NCBI GenBank assembly: GCA_038046005.1
Contig: JBBSXB010000009.1
Coordinates: forward strand, 1-64,000
DNA: 64,000 nt
DNA from: Nanobdellota archaeon
Lineage (GTDB): Archaea; Nanobdellota; Nanobdellia; Pacearchaeales; GW2011-AR1
Reading direction: 5' to 3'
A program made the translations under genes and the position numbers. Shown one piece after another: positions 1 to 8,448 of this stretch (position 1 is its first letter; every line of letters starts with the position of its first letter). The notes under the pieces were generated by a model. The model saw nothing but the letters and a program-made list of their open reading frames with translations, was not told where the DNA came from and did no database searches.

Positions 1-790
1 AAATAACTTTGGACTTTTGCGGCTGCAACTCCAATTTTAGGTCTTTAAATAGGAAACCAGCCATTCCCCCCCCCCAGCTTAGCAGTTTCTCTTTTGATGA
101 ACCCAACAAAACAAAATCATCAACATATCTAAGATAATATTTTGCTTTTAGTCTATGTTTTACAAAATAATCAAGTTCATGAAGATAAACATTTGCAAAG
201 AATTGTGAAGTTAAGTTCCCAAGAGGCATTCCCTTTCCAAGATAGTTAGAAGAAACATTATTTTCCAAGATTCCTTTAATAAGCAAGATAACCTTCTCAT
301 CTTTTATTTTTCTTCCTATTAATCCTAGCAAAATAGAATGATCAACTTCTTCAAAGTAGTGCTTAATGTCTGCCTTAAAACAATATCCTTTAGAGGTTAA
401 ATTGTTAGTCGTTTTTCTTTGAAATTTTTCAAATCTTTTTATCGCAAACAGAGTTCCTTTGCTCTTTCTGTTTGCGCAAGAATCATAAATAAATATTTTT
501 TCGTAAATCGGCTCTAAAACTCTGACTTAAGCATGATGAACAATCCGGTCTCTAAAATCTGATTTAGAAATTTTCCTTGTTTTCGGATCTCTTAATATAA
601 AATTAACCAAAGGTTTTGGTTTATAAGTTTGATTCTTTAGCTCATTATAAAGAAGTTTTAAATTAGTTCCTAAATTCTTTTCAAATTCAAGGATATAATA
701 TTTTTTGGTTTTTCCTTTTCTTGCACTCTTGTATGCAAGAATCAGATTCTTCATAGAATAAATTTCAGGATAAATATTGCTAGTTTCCAT
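1..790 (-). pseudogene. DGR-type reverse transcriptase interrupted by one in-frame TAA (527-529); runs off the window start
   Basis: Reading through the stop in the same frame gives ...[33 protein letters not shown]...KADIKHYF...GMPLGNLTSQFFANVYL...YLRYVDDF. The SQ and YVDD motifs are typical of DGR RTs. No other stop down to base 1. Confidence 0.92.
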
Positions 791-816
791 ATTAATATGA
801 GTCCTGAAAGACAGAC

Positions 817-901
817 TATTCCGAGATTAGAATCCCTGTTGGAAGGATTCATGTTGCAGTTAAGGTTAGCCCTATCGTCGTTGGCGTTGAACCTAGCAAC
901 T
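817..901 (-). repeat. DGR template repeat (TR)
   Basis: 85-bp near-copy of 1155-1239, rich in AAC/AAT codons (reads VARFNANDDRANLNCNMNPSNRDSNLGI), immediately upstream of the RT start. Confidence 0.95.
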
Positions 902-1133
902 TCTAGTCAATTTGCTAATTAGGAAAACATTAAGTTTTCGTCACCGAAGCCACACACATGCAACTTCTGTATTTTATGGCTTAAAATAAATCTAAATTAT
1001 GCGCTGACAAATTGGCGTGTAGTCCACCTCTGCATCTCTTGCTGAAGGAGAAACAGATTTCAGGACAAAATGTAAAGTAAATTCTTCTTTAAAAAAATTT
1101 CGCGTCTTGAGAAACATTGTTGGCCAGCAAAAA

Positions 1134-1826
1134 TTAAGCTTTCTTAACAGCACGTACCCCGAGACTAGAATCCCTGTCGGAAGGACTCAAGCTGCAGCTA
1201 AGGTAAGCCCTACCGTCGCTGGCGCCGAACCTAGCAACTGAATTATTATCACTTCTCGGATACCAGTAATATAAATCGCCTTTAGCAACATTTTCTGTTG
1301 GAAGCCCTTGACTTGTGTGATTAGAGTTTAAAAAATCGTCTAGAGAAATTCCAGGAGTTCTGTCTTTCACCAGAGTATTCACAACTAAAGGTTCTGAATT
1401 TCGAAAGCTTAGTTCTCCTTTTGAGTCTAAGACATGATTATAATGAATGTATAAATCTTTTTTTCCTTTCTTAAAATCAGCGTCAAGCCATTCAGCCCTC
1501 CAAGGACTTCTTACCTCAGTTATATCATTATAAATAGATTGATATTCTGCATTGCCTGAAGCTTTAAGATATTGTAAGAATTCAACAAATTCTGGAATTG
1601 TGGGCATGTTCAACCCTTCAGATTGGAGTGCTTTGTGAGAGTCAAACCAATTCTTCCCTAAATGAGTTCTTTGCTTTGCAACATGAATTCCTGATGGAAG
1701 CCTAACGAATCCGCTTAAGTCAGAGTTTGAAGGTTTGCTTTCTAAATCAGGTCTCATTTTATATTTTAAGCCAAGCTGATTATAAGCTTTCAAATCTCCA
1801 TCACTTACTTCTATAATTGGTGCCAT
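1134..1826 (-). CDS. DGR target (variable) protein, probable C-type lectin-like fold
   Basis: C-terminal VR (VARFGASDGRAYLSCSLSPSDRDSSLGVRAV); MPTIPEF and EWLD motifs resemble CLec/FGE-type DGR targets. Confidence 0.88.
   Translation of the reverse strand: MAPIIEVSDGDLKAYNQLGLKYKMRPDLESKPSNSDLSGFVRLPSGIHVAKQRTHLGKNWFDSHKALQSEGLNMPTIPEFVEFLQYLKASGNAEYQSIYNDITEVRSPWRAEWLDADFKKGKKDLYIHYNHVLDSKGELSFRNSEPLVVNTLVKDRTPGISLDDFLNSNHTSQGLPTENVAKGDLYYWYPRSDNNSVARFGASDGRAYLSCSLSPSDRDSSLGVRAVKKA
1155..1239 (-). repeat. DGR variable repeat (VR) at 3' end of the target gene
   Basis: 13 mismatches to TR, all at positions that are A in TR on the coding strand. Confidence 0.95.
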
Positions 1827-1895
1827 GATTTTCCTTAGAAATTAGTATTTATAAATCTTTCTATTGTAGTTACTTAGTAAAAGTAACAGAAATAA

Positions 1896-2144
1896 CTAAC
1901 CAACCCTACTTCCAGTTTCAATATCCTTCTCAGGAACAATAATAATGTTACTTTGAAGCAAAGGAATTATAAGACCGCCATTAGACAAACCAATAACAAT
2001 TTTATCCCCTTTAGAAATATTTAATTTTAAGCCGGTTGTAAAATTTCTTCCACAATTGATAATAGTTTTACCTTTAGTATCTACAACTTCTCCAACCCTC
2101 AGTTCTAATTTTGCCCAATCTGAAAATTTTACTATTTCCTTCAT
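1896..2144 (-). CDS. Small protein related to the MetRS C-terminal/Trbp111 tRNA-binding OB domain (internally shortened)
   Basis: VKFSDWAKLELRVGEV matches MetRS VSFSEWEKLDLRVAKI; ends IVPEKDIETGSRVG, like the Trbp111 C-terminus. Confidence 0.65.
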   Translation of the reverse strand: MKEIVKFSDWAKLELRVGEVVDTKGKTIINCGRNFTTGLKLNISKGDKIVIGLSNGGLIIPLLQSNIIIVPEKDIETGSRVG

Positions 2145-2746
2145 TTTTTATAAACTCCCATTACAAACGACCTTATATTTGAAGAGACTAATTCAACAAT
2201 TTCGTTGAGTTTTAAAACAAAAACAGGGTTTATATTTACTATATCTTTAAGTATTTTCTCTTTAACATTTATTCCTTTTGAAAGTAAAATTGCCTTAATT
2301 TTTGTATTTAGCTCGTATTTTTGTAATTTTCTAGATTCTTTACAAACAATTACCCCTAGCTGCAATTCAGAGTTCCTTAAAGAAGATAAAAAAACATCAA
2401 TATCATTTGAGCCTATAGTTTTGTATTTAATCTGCAAACCAATATCTATTTCTCCTAAAAGATCTAATTTTAATTTTATTACGCCATCAATTCCAAAATC
2501 CCTAGTTTTCTTAGTTTTTATGATTGAAATATTAAAATAATCAAAAAAATCATAAATTATTTCTTCAAAATAAAAAGGCCTTTCCTTCTCGGTCTTTTTT
2601 TCTAGCCTCTCAGAAATAAAATTAAAAACATAATTTTTTATCTTAACTTTGTCAAAAATTATGTTTTCATCAAAGAAAATTTCGTTTTCAATTTCAGAAA
2701 AAATATTAGCCATTTTGAAAAATAACTTTCTCTCCTTGGAAAACAT
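2141..2746 (-). CDS. Mrr-like PD-(D/E)xK restriction endonuclease domain protein (start may be 2713)
   Basis: TRDFGIDGV...IGLQIKY...GVIV resembles the Mrr catalytic D-x-G-I-D...Q-x-K motif. Confidence 0.7.
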   Translation of the reverse strand: MFSKERKLFFKMANIFSEIENEIFFDENIIFDKVKIKNYVFNFISERLEKKTEKERPFYFEEIIYDFFDYFNISIIKTKKTRDFGIDGVIKLKLDLLGEIDIGLQIKYKTIGSNDIDVFLSSLRNSELQLGVIVCKESRKLQKYELNTKIKAILLSKGINVKEKILKDIVNINPVFVLKLNEIVELVSSNIRSFVMGVYKK

Positions 2747-4472
2747 CGTTTTTGGATTTTAATAGAATAACCTTACCATGATCTGACGTTGAAGCAGCAA
2801 GCAACATTCCCTGGCTTTCAATTCCTTTAATTTTTCTAGGTTCAAGATTTGCAAAAACAATTATCTTTTTATTTTTCAGTTCATCTTTAGAATAATAAGG
2901 TTTTATTCCTGCACAAATAGTTCTTTTTCCAATTTCTTTTCCAACATCTAAACTAAGCTTGTAAAGTTTATCAGCACCTTCAATATCTTCAGCCTTCAAA
3001 ATCTTCGCAACTCTCAAATCAAGTTTTTCCCACTCCGAAAATGAAACGTTTGTCATTACCCCTTCAATTTTTTCTTCTTTAATAACTTTTTCCTCTTTTA
3101 TTTCAATTTTTTTAAATAATATCTCACTTTTCTTAACCTTAGATCCTGAGAAACATTTCTTTATTTTTTCGCTAGACTCCGGAATAAAAGGCCAAAGCAA
3201 TTCAGCAATTTTTATAATAGATTCTTTCAATTCAAAAAGGACTTTTTTGTCGTTAGTTCCCCAAGGCTTTTTGTCCTGAACATATTGGTTACAGACATCA
3301 ATAAATGTAAAAATCTCAGACAAAGCTTTATCAAATTCATATTTTTCCATTGACTCATTTATTTTTTTCTCATTAAGTTTTTTTATCAAAGGATTTTGAG
3401 TTTTTGTAACCCCATTTTTTTCAATTAAGCTAGAGACTCTAGAGACTAAATTTCCAAGTTTGTTTGCCAATTCATTATTGTTTCTCTCTATTAAAATCTC
3501 TTCAGAATAATCAGAGTCCTCAAAAACAGAGCATCTGAAAAGAGAATATCTAACTGCGTCTGCCCCGTATTTTTCAATCAACTCCAGTGGGTCAATGACA
3601 TTTCCTAAACTCTTGCTGATTTTTTGTCCTCTAAGATTAAGATATCCATGAACAAGCAAAGTTTTTGGAAGTTTATATCCTGCAGAAATCAAAATTGCAG
3701 GCCATATTACAGAGTGAAACCAATTTATTCCTTTTCCAATAACATGCACGTCTGCTGGCCAGTTTCCACTAGCTCCGGAAATATAATTTATAAGAGCGTC
3801 AAACCAAACATAAATCTTGTATTTTTTATCAACAGGAGAATCAATTCCCCAATCCAAATTTTTTCTAGAGACACAAAGATCCCTAAGTTCTTCGTTTTTT
3901 AATCTTGATAAGATTTCATTTCTTTTTGATTCAGGAACAATATATCCTTTAACAAATTCTGTCAGTTCTTTTTTATATTTGCTCAGTTTAAAAAAATAGG
4001 CTTCTTCAGAAATCCATTCTGGTTTTTTATAATGTTCTGGGCACAACCCATTAACAAGATTTTTTCCAGTTTTGAATTCCTCACAACCAACACAGTACCA
4101 ACCCTCATAAGCTCCTTTGTAGATTTCCCCTTTTTCATAGACTTTTTTAAAAATTTCTTTTGCAATTTTGGTATGTCTTTCTTCTGTTGTTCTAATAAAA
4201 TCATCATTAGATATGTTCAGTTTTTTACAGAGTTCAATAAAAATTCTAGAGTTTGTGTCGACAAATTTTCTTATAGGCATTCCTTTTTCCTTCGCAACCT
4301 GGGCGTTTTTCTGAGCATTTTCATCTGTTCCAGTCAAAAACCAGGTTTTAACGTTTTTTTGTTTCTTCCATCTTATTAAAGCGTCAGCTATAACTTTTTC
4401 GAACGCATGACCTATATGGGGTCTAGCATTTACATAGTCAATTGCCGTAGTAACATAAAATTTCTTTGCCAT
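2706..4472 (-). CDS. metG: Methionyl-tRNA synthetase with C-terminal tRNA-binding domain
   Basis: YVNARPHIGH, KISKSLGN, zinc knuckle, C-terminal OB domain (ESQGMLLAA). Confidence 0.97.
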   Translation of the reverse strand: MAKKFYVTTAIDYVNARPHIGHAFEKVIADALIRWKKQKNVKTWFLTGTDENAQKNAQVAKEKGMPIRKFVDTNSRIFIELCKKLNISNDDFIRTTEERHTKIAKEIFKKVYEKGEIYKGAYEGWYCVGCEEFKTGKNLVNGLCPEHYKKPEWISEEAYFFKLSKYKKELTEFVKGYIVPESKRNEILSRLKNEELRDLCVSRKNLDWGIDSPVDKKYKIYVWFDALINYISGASGNWPADVHVIGKGINWFHSVIWPAILISAGYKLPKTLLVHGYLNLRGQKISKSLGNVIDPLELIEKYGADAVRYSLFRCSVFEDSDYSEEILIERNNNELANKLGNLVSRVSSLIEKNGVTKTQNPLIKKLNEKKINESMEKYEFDKALSEIFTFIDVCNQYVQDKKPWGTNDKKVLFELKESIIKIAELLWPFIPESSEKIKKCFSGSKVKKSEILFKKIEIKEEKVIKEEKIEGVMTNVSFSEWEKLDLRVAKILKAEDIEGADKLYKLSLDVGKEIGKRTICAGIKPYYSKDELKNKKIIVFANLEPRKIKGIESQGMLLAASTSDHGKVILLKSKNDVFQGEKVIFQNG

Positions 4473-4516
4473 GAAGAATCAACAAAATAAGAATATAAAA
4501 ACTTAATCATCAAAAG

Positions 4517-4587
4517 TGCGCCATCCGGGAATTGAACCCGGTCCTAAACCTTGGGAAGGTTTCATTCTACCGATAAACTAATGACGC
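4517..4587 (-). tRNA. tRNA-Gly(CCC)
   Basis: Cloverleaf GCGTCAT...AAACC-TTCCCAA-GGTTT...GGTTCAATTCC...ATGGCGCA. Confidence 0.93.
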
Positions 4588-4589
4588 GT

Positions 4590-5678
4590 TTATTTAGGTG
4601 TGTACAAGAAACTAAAATCTTTTTTTCCAAAATGTGTCCAGCAATTTTCATATCTTTCCAAAACTGTTTTAGCACCGATAGTTCTATCCATATGAGATTT
4701 GTTTAAAACATCAAATCTTGGTCTGCGGTCTTTATCTTTCCTTATAATTAAACTGCTAAGTCTTAGATTATCAATAAACCTTATCATTTTTTCATCTCTA
4801 GGAATTGGAAATGGATTTATTCTAAACTGGACTTCTTCTCCAAGTTCTCTAACAAAACTCATCGCTTTATAAAACCCAAAAATCGCAGGAGCAGACCAAA
4901 TAATAGGCTCGAATCTTCTCTTGTCATGTCCCAAACCACGATAATTTGAATCTGGGTCATTTGAAGTGTGTCCGATATTTATCCAATCAGAATATTGTTT
5001 AGGATCATCTTTCTCAAAAATTGGTAGATTAAAAAGAGTGAACTCATATTCTCTTCCTTCCTCTGATCTCGACGCCACATTAACTCTAAGATTTCTTCCA
5101 TAAGGTTTTTTATCCAAAACTCTTGCTTCAAAATCTCCAACATTATTCATCTGCTTCATTTCCGCGCCAGCAGTAGACCTTATCCAGCTAATAGCTCTTG
5201 GATGATTATCACTGCCAATCCAGTATAAACCAATAGGTGGATTCTCAATGTCTAAATCAGAATGATTCAAAGCTTTTTGAGCTAAAGAATACGGCCAGAT
5301 TCTATGATTTTCTAAAAACTCTTTCGTCATCTTGTTTGGAGGATATCCCCCATAAACAAAACTTCTGAGAACTTTTAAGGAATCTATTTTTTCAAAATCG
5401 TCCAAAGATTTGAATCCTTGATCTACATCTTCTCTGGAAACATCAAAATTATCTTGGAAAAGAGCAATTTGCCAATCTCGCAAATTGTTGACAGTTCTAA
5501 CAGCAGATTTATAACTTGAGTCAAAACAAGAAAAAATTCCATCAGATTCTAATAATTTTACAGTTTCTTCAACAGAATTGGATCTAAGTTTGGAAGGATT
5601 AACTCCGTGAATCTCAAAAATTTCCCTAACGCTTGGCCTCCTAAAAGTTCTTTCTCTCATAAAAATCCAAAATACCAA
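4590..5678 (-). CDS. Hypothetical protein (start possibly 5660)
   Basis: 362-aa ORF, no recognised motif. Confidence 0.7.
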   Translation of the reverse strand: MVFWIFMRERTFRRPSVREIFEIHGVNPSKLRSNSVEETVKLLESDGIFSCFDSSYKSAVRTVNNLRDWQIALFQDNFDVSREDVDQGFKSLDDFEKIDSLKVLRSFVYGGYPPNKMTKEFLENHRIWPYSLAQKALNHSDLDIENPPIGLYWIGSDNHPRAISWIRSTAGAEMKQMNNVGDFEARVLDKKPYGRNLRVNVASRSEEGREYEFTLFNLPIFEKDDPKQYSDWINIGHTSNDPDSNYRGLGHDKRRFEPIIWSAPAIFGFYKAMSFVRELGEEVQFRINPFPIPRDEKMIRFIDNLRLSSLIIRKDKDRRPRFDVLNKSHMDRTIGAKTVLERYENCWTHFGKKDFSFLYTPK

Positions 5679-5760
5679 TCATTTAAATTATTTTGTATTC
5701 TCTAAAATAGTTCACTTACCAATACTCCAAAAACCTTTTAAAATGACGATACGTATTTGA

Positions 5761-6414
5761 ATGATGTTTAACAAAGAAGAATGCAAAAATTGTAAGAACA
5801 AGTATAAAGGTAGTTATGCTTTTTGCCCACATTGCGGACATCCGACAGGAAAACCTCCTAAAGAAGAGGATTTGGGAATGTTAGGAAAAGACGACGAAAT
5901 GGAAGATTTTTCACATCCTTTATTTGGAGGAATTAGTGGGAAGATGCTAAATAAAATGTTGGGAAGCGCAATGAAAATGCTTGAAAAAGAAATTCAAAAA
6001 TCAATGGTTCAGGAAGCCCCTTCCAAAACAAACTTTGAGCTTTATATCAATGGAAAAAAGATTGATCCAAGAAACATTAAAGTGACAAAAACTCCAGTTT
6101 ATGAAAAACCTGTGAGAACTAAAAATGTTCAGACTTATTTTGACGAAAGTTCCCAGCAAAAATTCCTAAAACTTCCAAAGAAAGAACCAACAACAAGCAT
6201 AAGGAGATTAGCAAATAAAGTTGTTTACGAAATTGATATTCCGGGCGTTGAGTCAATAAAAGATATCTCAATAGTAAAGCTTGAAAACAGCATCGAGATA
6301 AAAGCTATCGCAAAAGACAAGGCATACTCAAAATTAATTCCTATAGACCTGCCCATAAAAAATTTCAAGCTTGACCACAATAAACTAGTCCTTGAGTTAA
6401 GTGTTAAGGGATAA
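5761..6414 (+). CDS. Zinc-ribbon + Hsp20/alpha-crystallin-like domain protein
   Basis: N-terminal CxxC...CPxCG; C-terminal KEPTTSIRR...YEIDIPGV...IEIKA...LVLEL. Confidence 0.7.
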   Translation: MMFNKEECKNCKNKYKGSYAFCPHCGHPTGKPPKEEDLGMLGKDDEMEDFSHPLFGGISGKMLNKMLGSAMKMLEKEIQKSMVQEAPSKTNFELYINGKKIDPRNIKVTKTPVYEKPVRTKNVQTYFDESSQQKFLKLPKKEPTTSIRRLANKVVYEIDIPGVESIKDISIVKLENSIEIKAIAKDKAYSKLIPIDLPIKNFKLDHNKLVLELSVKG

Positions 6415-6452
6415 AAACCTTTAAATAACTAAATCTTACTTTCTATAAGAAT

Positions 6453-6527
6453 GAGGCTGTAGCTCAGCCTGGCTAGAGCACTGCTCTGATAAGGCAGGGG
6501 TCCACAGTTCAAATCTGTGCAGCCTCA
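6453..6527 (+). tRNA. tRNA-Ile(GAT)
   Basis: GAGGCTG...CTGCT-CTGATAA-GGCAG...GTTCAAATC...CAGCCTCA. Confidence 0.93.
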
Positions 6528-6657
6528 TTTTATGAAATTGAAAATTTCATCAGATTTGCGAGACAGCGATGGCGCTGACAATTCAAATCTCAAGAGTTTT
6601 GACTTTGACAATAATAAATCAATAACAAAGTCGGGGCTCGAGTCGTGCAGCCTCATT
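6517..6657 (+). repeat. 13-bp direct repeat of the tRNA-Ile 3' end (6517-6529 / 6645-6657) flanking a hairpin-rich spacer
   Basis: GTGCAGCCTCATT occurs twice; three inverted repeats lie between the copies. Confidence 0.8.
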
Positions 6658-6704
6658 AAATTTTTAAACCCAAACCTTTAAAAGTCAAATTTATTCTTAA
6701 TGAT

Positions 6705-7046
6705 ATGGGAAAAACAGCCGGAATAGTCCTAGGAATATTTCTTTTAGTTGTAGGAATAGTCCTATTAATATATGGATTTTCAAGTTTCTTAGGATCAACA
6801 CCTAATCCAGATTCATTAAACTCTTATGGCATACAAAATAGTTTTAAATCAGCAGGAGTAGGGATATTTTCAGTGTTTTTTGGGTTTGCACTAATTGGAG
6901 CAGGAGGAGTAATAATATATCTTGTTAACATTGGAAAAATATTCAATTATATGGCAAAAGAAACAGCTCCCGCAGTTGAAACAACAAGTCACGCACTCGG
7001 TAAAGGTCTCGCTTCAGGTGTCAAAAAAGGCTTGAAAAATAAATAG
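6705..7046 (+). CDS. Small membrane protein (2 TM)
   Basis: Two hydrophobic segments. Confidence 0.75.
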   Translation: MGKTAGIVLGIFLLVVGIVLLIYGFSSFLGSTPNPDSLNSYGIQNSFKSAGVGIFSVFFGFALIGAGGVIIYLVNIGKIFNYMAKETAPAVETTSHALGKGLASGVKKGLKNK

Positions 7047-7080
7047 TTATATTTAAAAATAAACTTTTTCTCCATAAGCC

Positions 7081-7614
7081 ATGACAAAGGGAATGTATCA
7101 CCATATTCGAGAAGCATGGAAGAAACCAGATTCAAAAACTCTGAGAGAAAGAATGGTTCAATGGAGAAAATCCGAAGCTTTTACAAGAGTTGAGAAGCCA
7201 TTAAGACTAGACAGGGCCAGGGCTCTTGGTTACAAAGCCAAAAAAGGATTTGTTGTCATAAGGGTAAGGCTAAAAAGAGGGGGCCATACAAGGTCTCGTC
7301 CAAACAAAGGAAGAAGATCAAAAAGATTGCATACTCGAAAAAATCTAAAAATGAGTTATCAATGGATAGCTGAACAAAGAGTTGCACACAGTTACAAAAA
7401 TTTGGAAGTTTTGAATTCTTACGAAATAGGAAAAGACGGAATCTATTATTTTTTCGAAGTGATTTGTGTTGACCCCCAGAGACCAGAAATAAAAAATGAC
7501 ACTGTTCTCAGTTGGATTACAAAAAAAGAAAATAAGAAAAGAGCTCTTAGAGGATTGACCGGAGCTGCACAAAAGTCAAGAGGCTTGAGAGCCCATATGG
7601 CAAAGGGAAAGTAA
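7081..7614 (+). CDS. rpl15e: 50S ribosomal protein L15e
   Basis: RLDRARALGYKAKKG, LEVLNSY, RGLTGAA. Confidence 0.96.
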   Translation: MTKGMYHHIREAWKKPDSKTLRERMVQWRKSEAFTRVEKPLRLDRARALGYKAKKGFVVIRVRLKRGGHTRSRPNKGRRSKRLHTRKNLKMSYQWIAEQRVAHSYKNLEVLNSYEIGKDGIYYFFEVICVDPQRPEIKNDTVLSWITKKENKKRALRGLTGAAQKSRGLRAHMAKGK

Positions 7615-7662
7615 TATCTCGGCCATAAGAATATTTTTAAACTAAATTTTATTTATCAAAAG

Positions 7663-8115
7663 ATGTTTGCAGAATCTGAATATTCCTCTAAATCAAATAA
7701 TGAAGGTACTACAACAACTTCTAATGAAACACATGAACAAAGATATGCCGAAGCACGTAGAGAATATCAAAGACAATATTATCAACTGCACAAAGAAAAA
7801 GCAAAAGAATACCAAAGACAATACAATTTAACCCATAAAAAGACAAGAAGAGGCCAGAAAGGAACAAGAAAAGCTGGAGGAAGAGAAGAAGTTTTTATAA
7901 GAGACCGGGAAGTTATCAGATCAACATATAATTTAGCAGATCTAATGAGCGCTCCTATGGGGTTAACAGACAAAATACTGCAAAAAATCATTAAGTGTGA
8001 AAGACTATTTACAATGAATTCTAAAGATGCAAGATTGTATGTAGAACAACCAAGTATTAAAGGGCTAAATCCTACCAGCAGCATCCACAGAATAATTGAT
8101 AACACAAACCGTTAA
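7663..8115 (+). CDS. Hypothetical protein with EYQRQY repeats
   Basis: REYQRQYYQLHKEKAKEYQRQY basic helical repeat. Confidence 0.65.
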   Translation: MFAESEYSSKSNNEGTTTTSNETHEQRYAEARREYQRQYYQLHKEKAKEYQRQYNLTHKKTRRGQKGTRKAGGREEVFIRDREVIRSTYNLADLMSAPMGLTDKILQKIIKCERLFTMNSKDARLYVEQPSIKGLNPTSSIHRIIDNTNR

Positions 8116-8158
8116 AATTAAACCTTAATCTTAAATACCTTTATTTCTTGAATGTATA

Positions 8159-8440
8159 ATGAAAAAAATTAGTGGGATAGATATTTTAACAGATGTCATT
8201 GGGCCGGCAAATACTCCACATATCTTAAACGCCCAAAAAAGAGCTGAAAAAAAATATAAATTAAAAAAAGTATCTGAATTTACACAAAGCTTTATTCTTC
8301 TCTTTTGTTGGGGAATATTTTTCTTAATTCTAGGAATATTTTCAGATTATCTACCCTCATTGGTTTCTTACTCTATTGCGGGATTAATGTTTGTTATCAT
8401 AATAATTTTGTATTTAATAAAAAAACCAAAAAAGAAATAA
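8159..8440 (+). CDS. Small membrane protein
   Basis: Two C-terminal TM segments. Confidence 0.65.
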   Translation: MKKISGIDILTDVIGPANTPHILNAQKRAEKKYKLKKVSEFTQSFILLFCWGIFFLILGIFSDYLPSLVSYSIAGLMFVIIIILYLIKKPKKK

Positions 8441-8448
8441 AATAAAAA

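Larger units (their letters stand above)
1..1826 (-). mobile_element. Diversity-generating retroelement (target-VR, TR, RT)
   Basis: RT, TR and VR with adenine-specific divergence, all on the minus strand. Confidence 0.93.

Noticed and set aside
527-529. Stop-codon reassignment or readthrough
   Set aside because: TAA, TAG and TGA all terminate clear housekeeping genes in this window; a single mutation or sequencing error is simpler.
527-790. 87-aa ORF as a complete gene
   Set aside because: It is the N-terminal part of the RT; the frame continues past the TAA.
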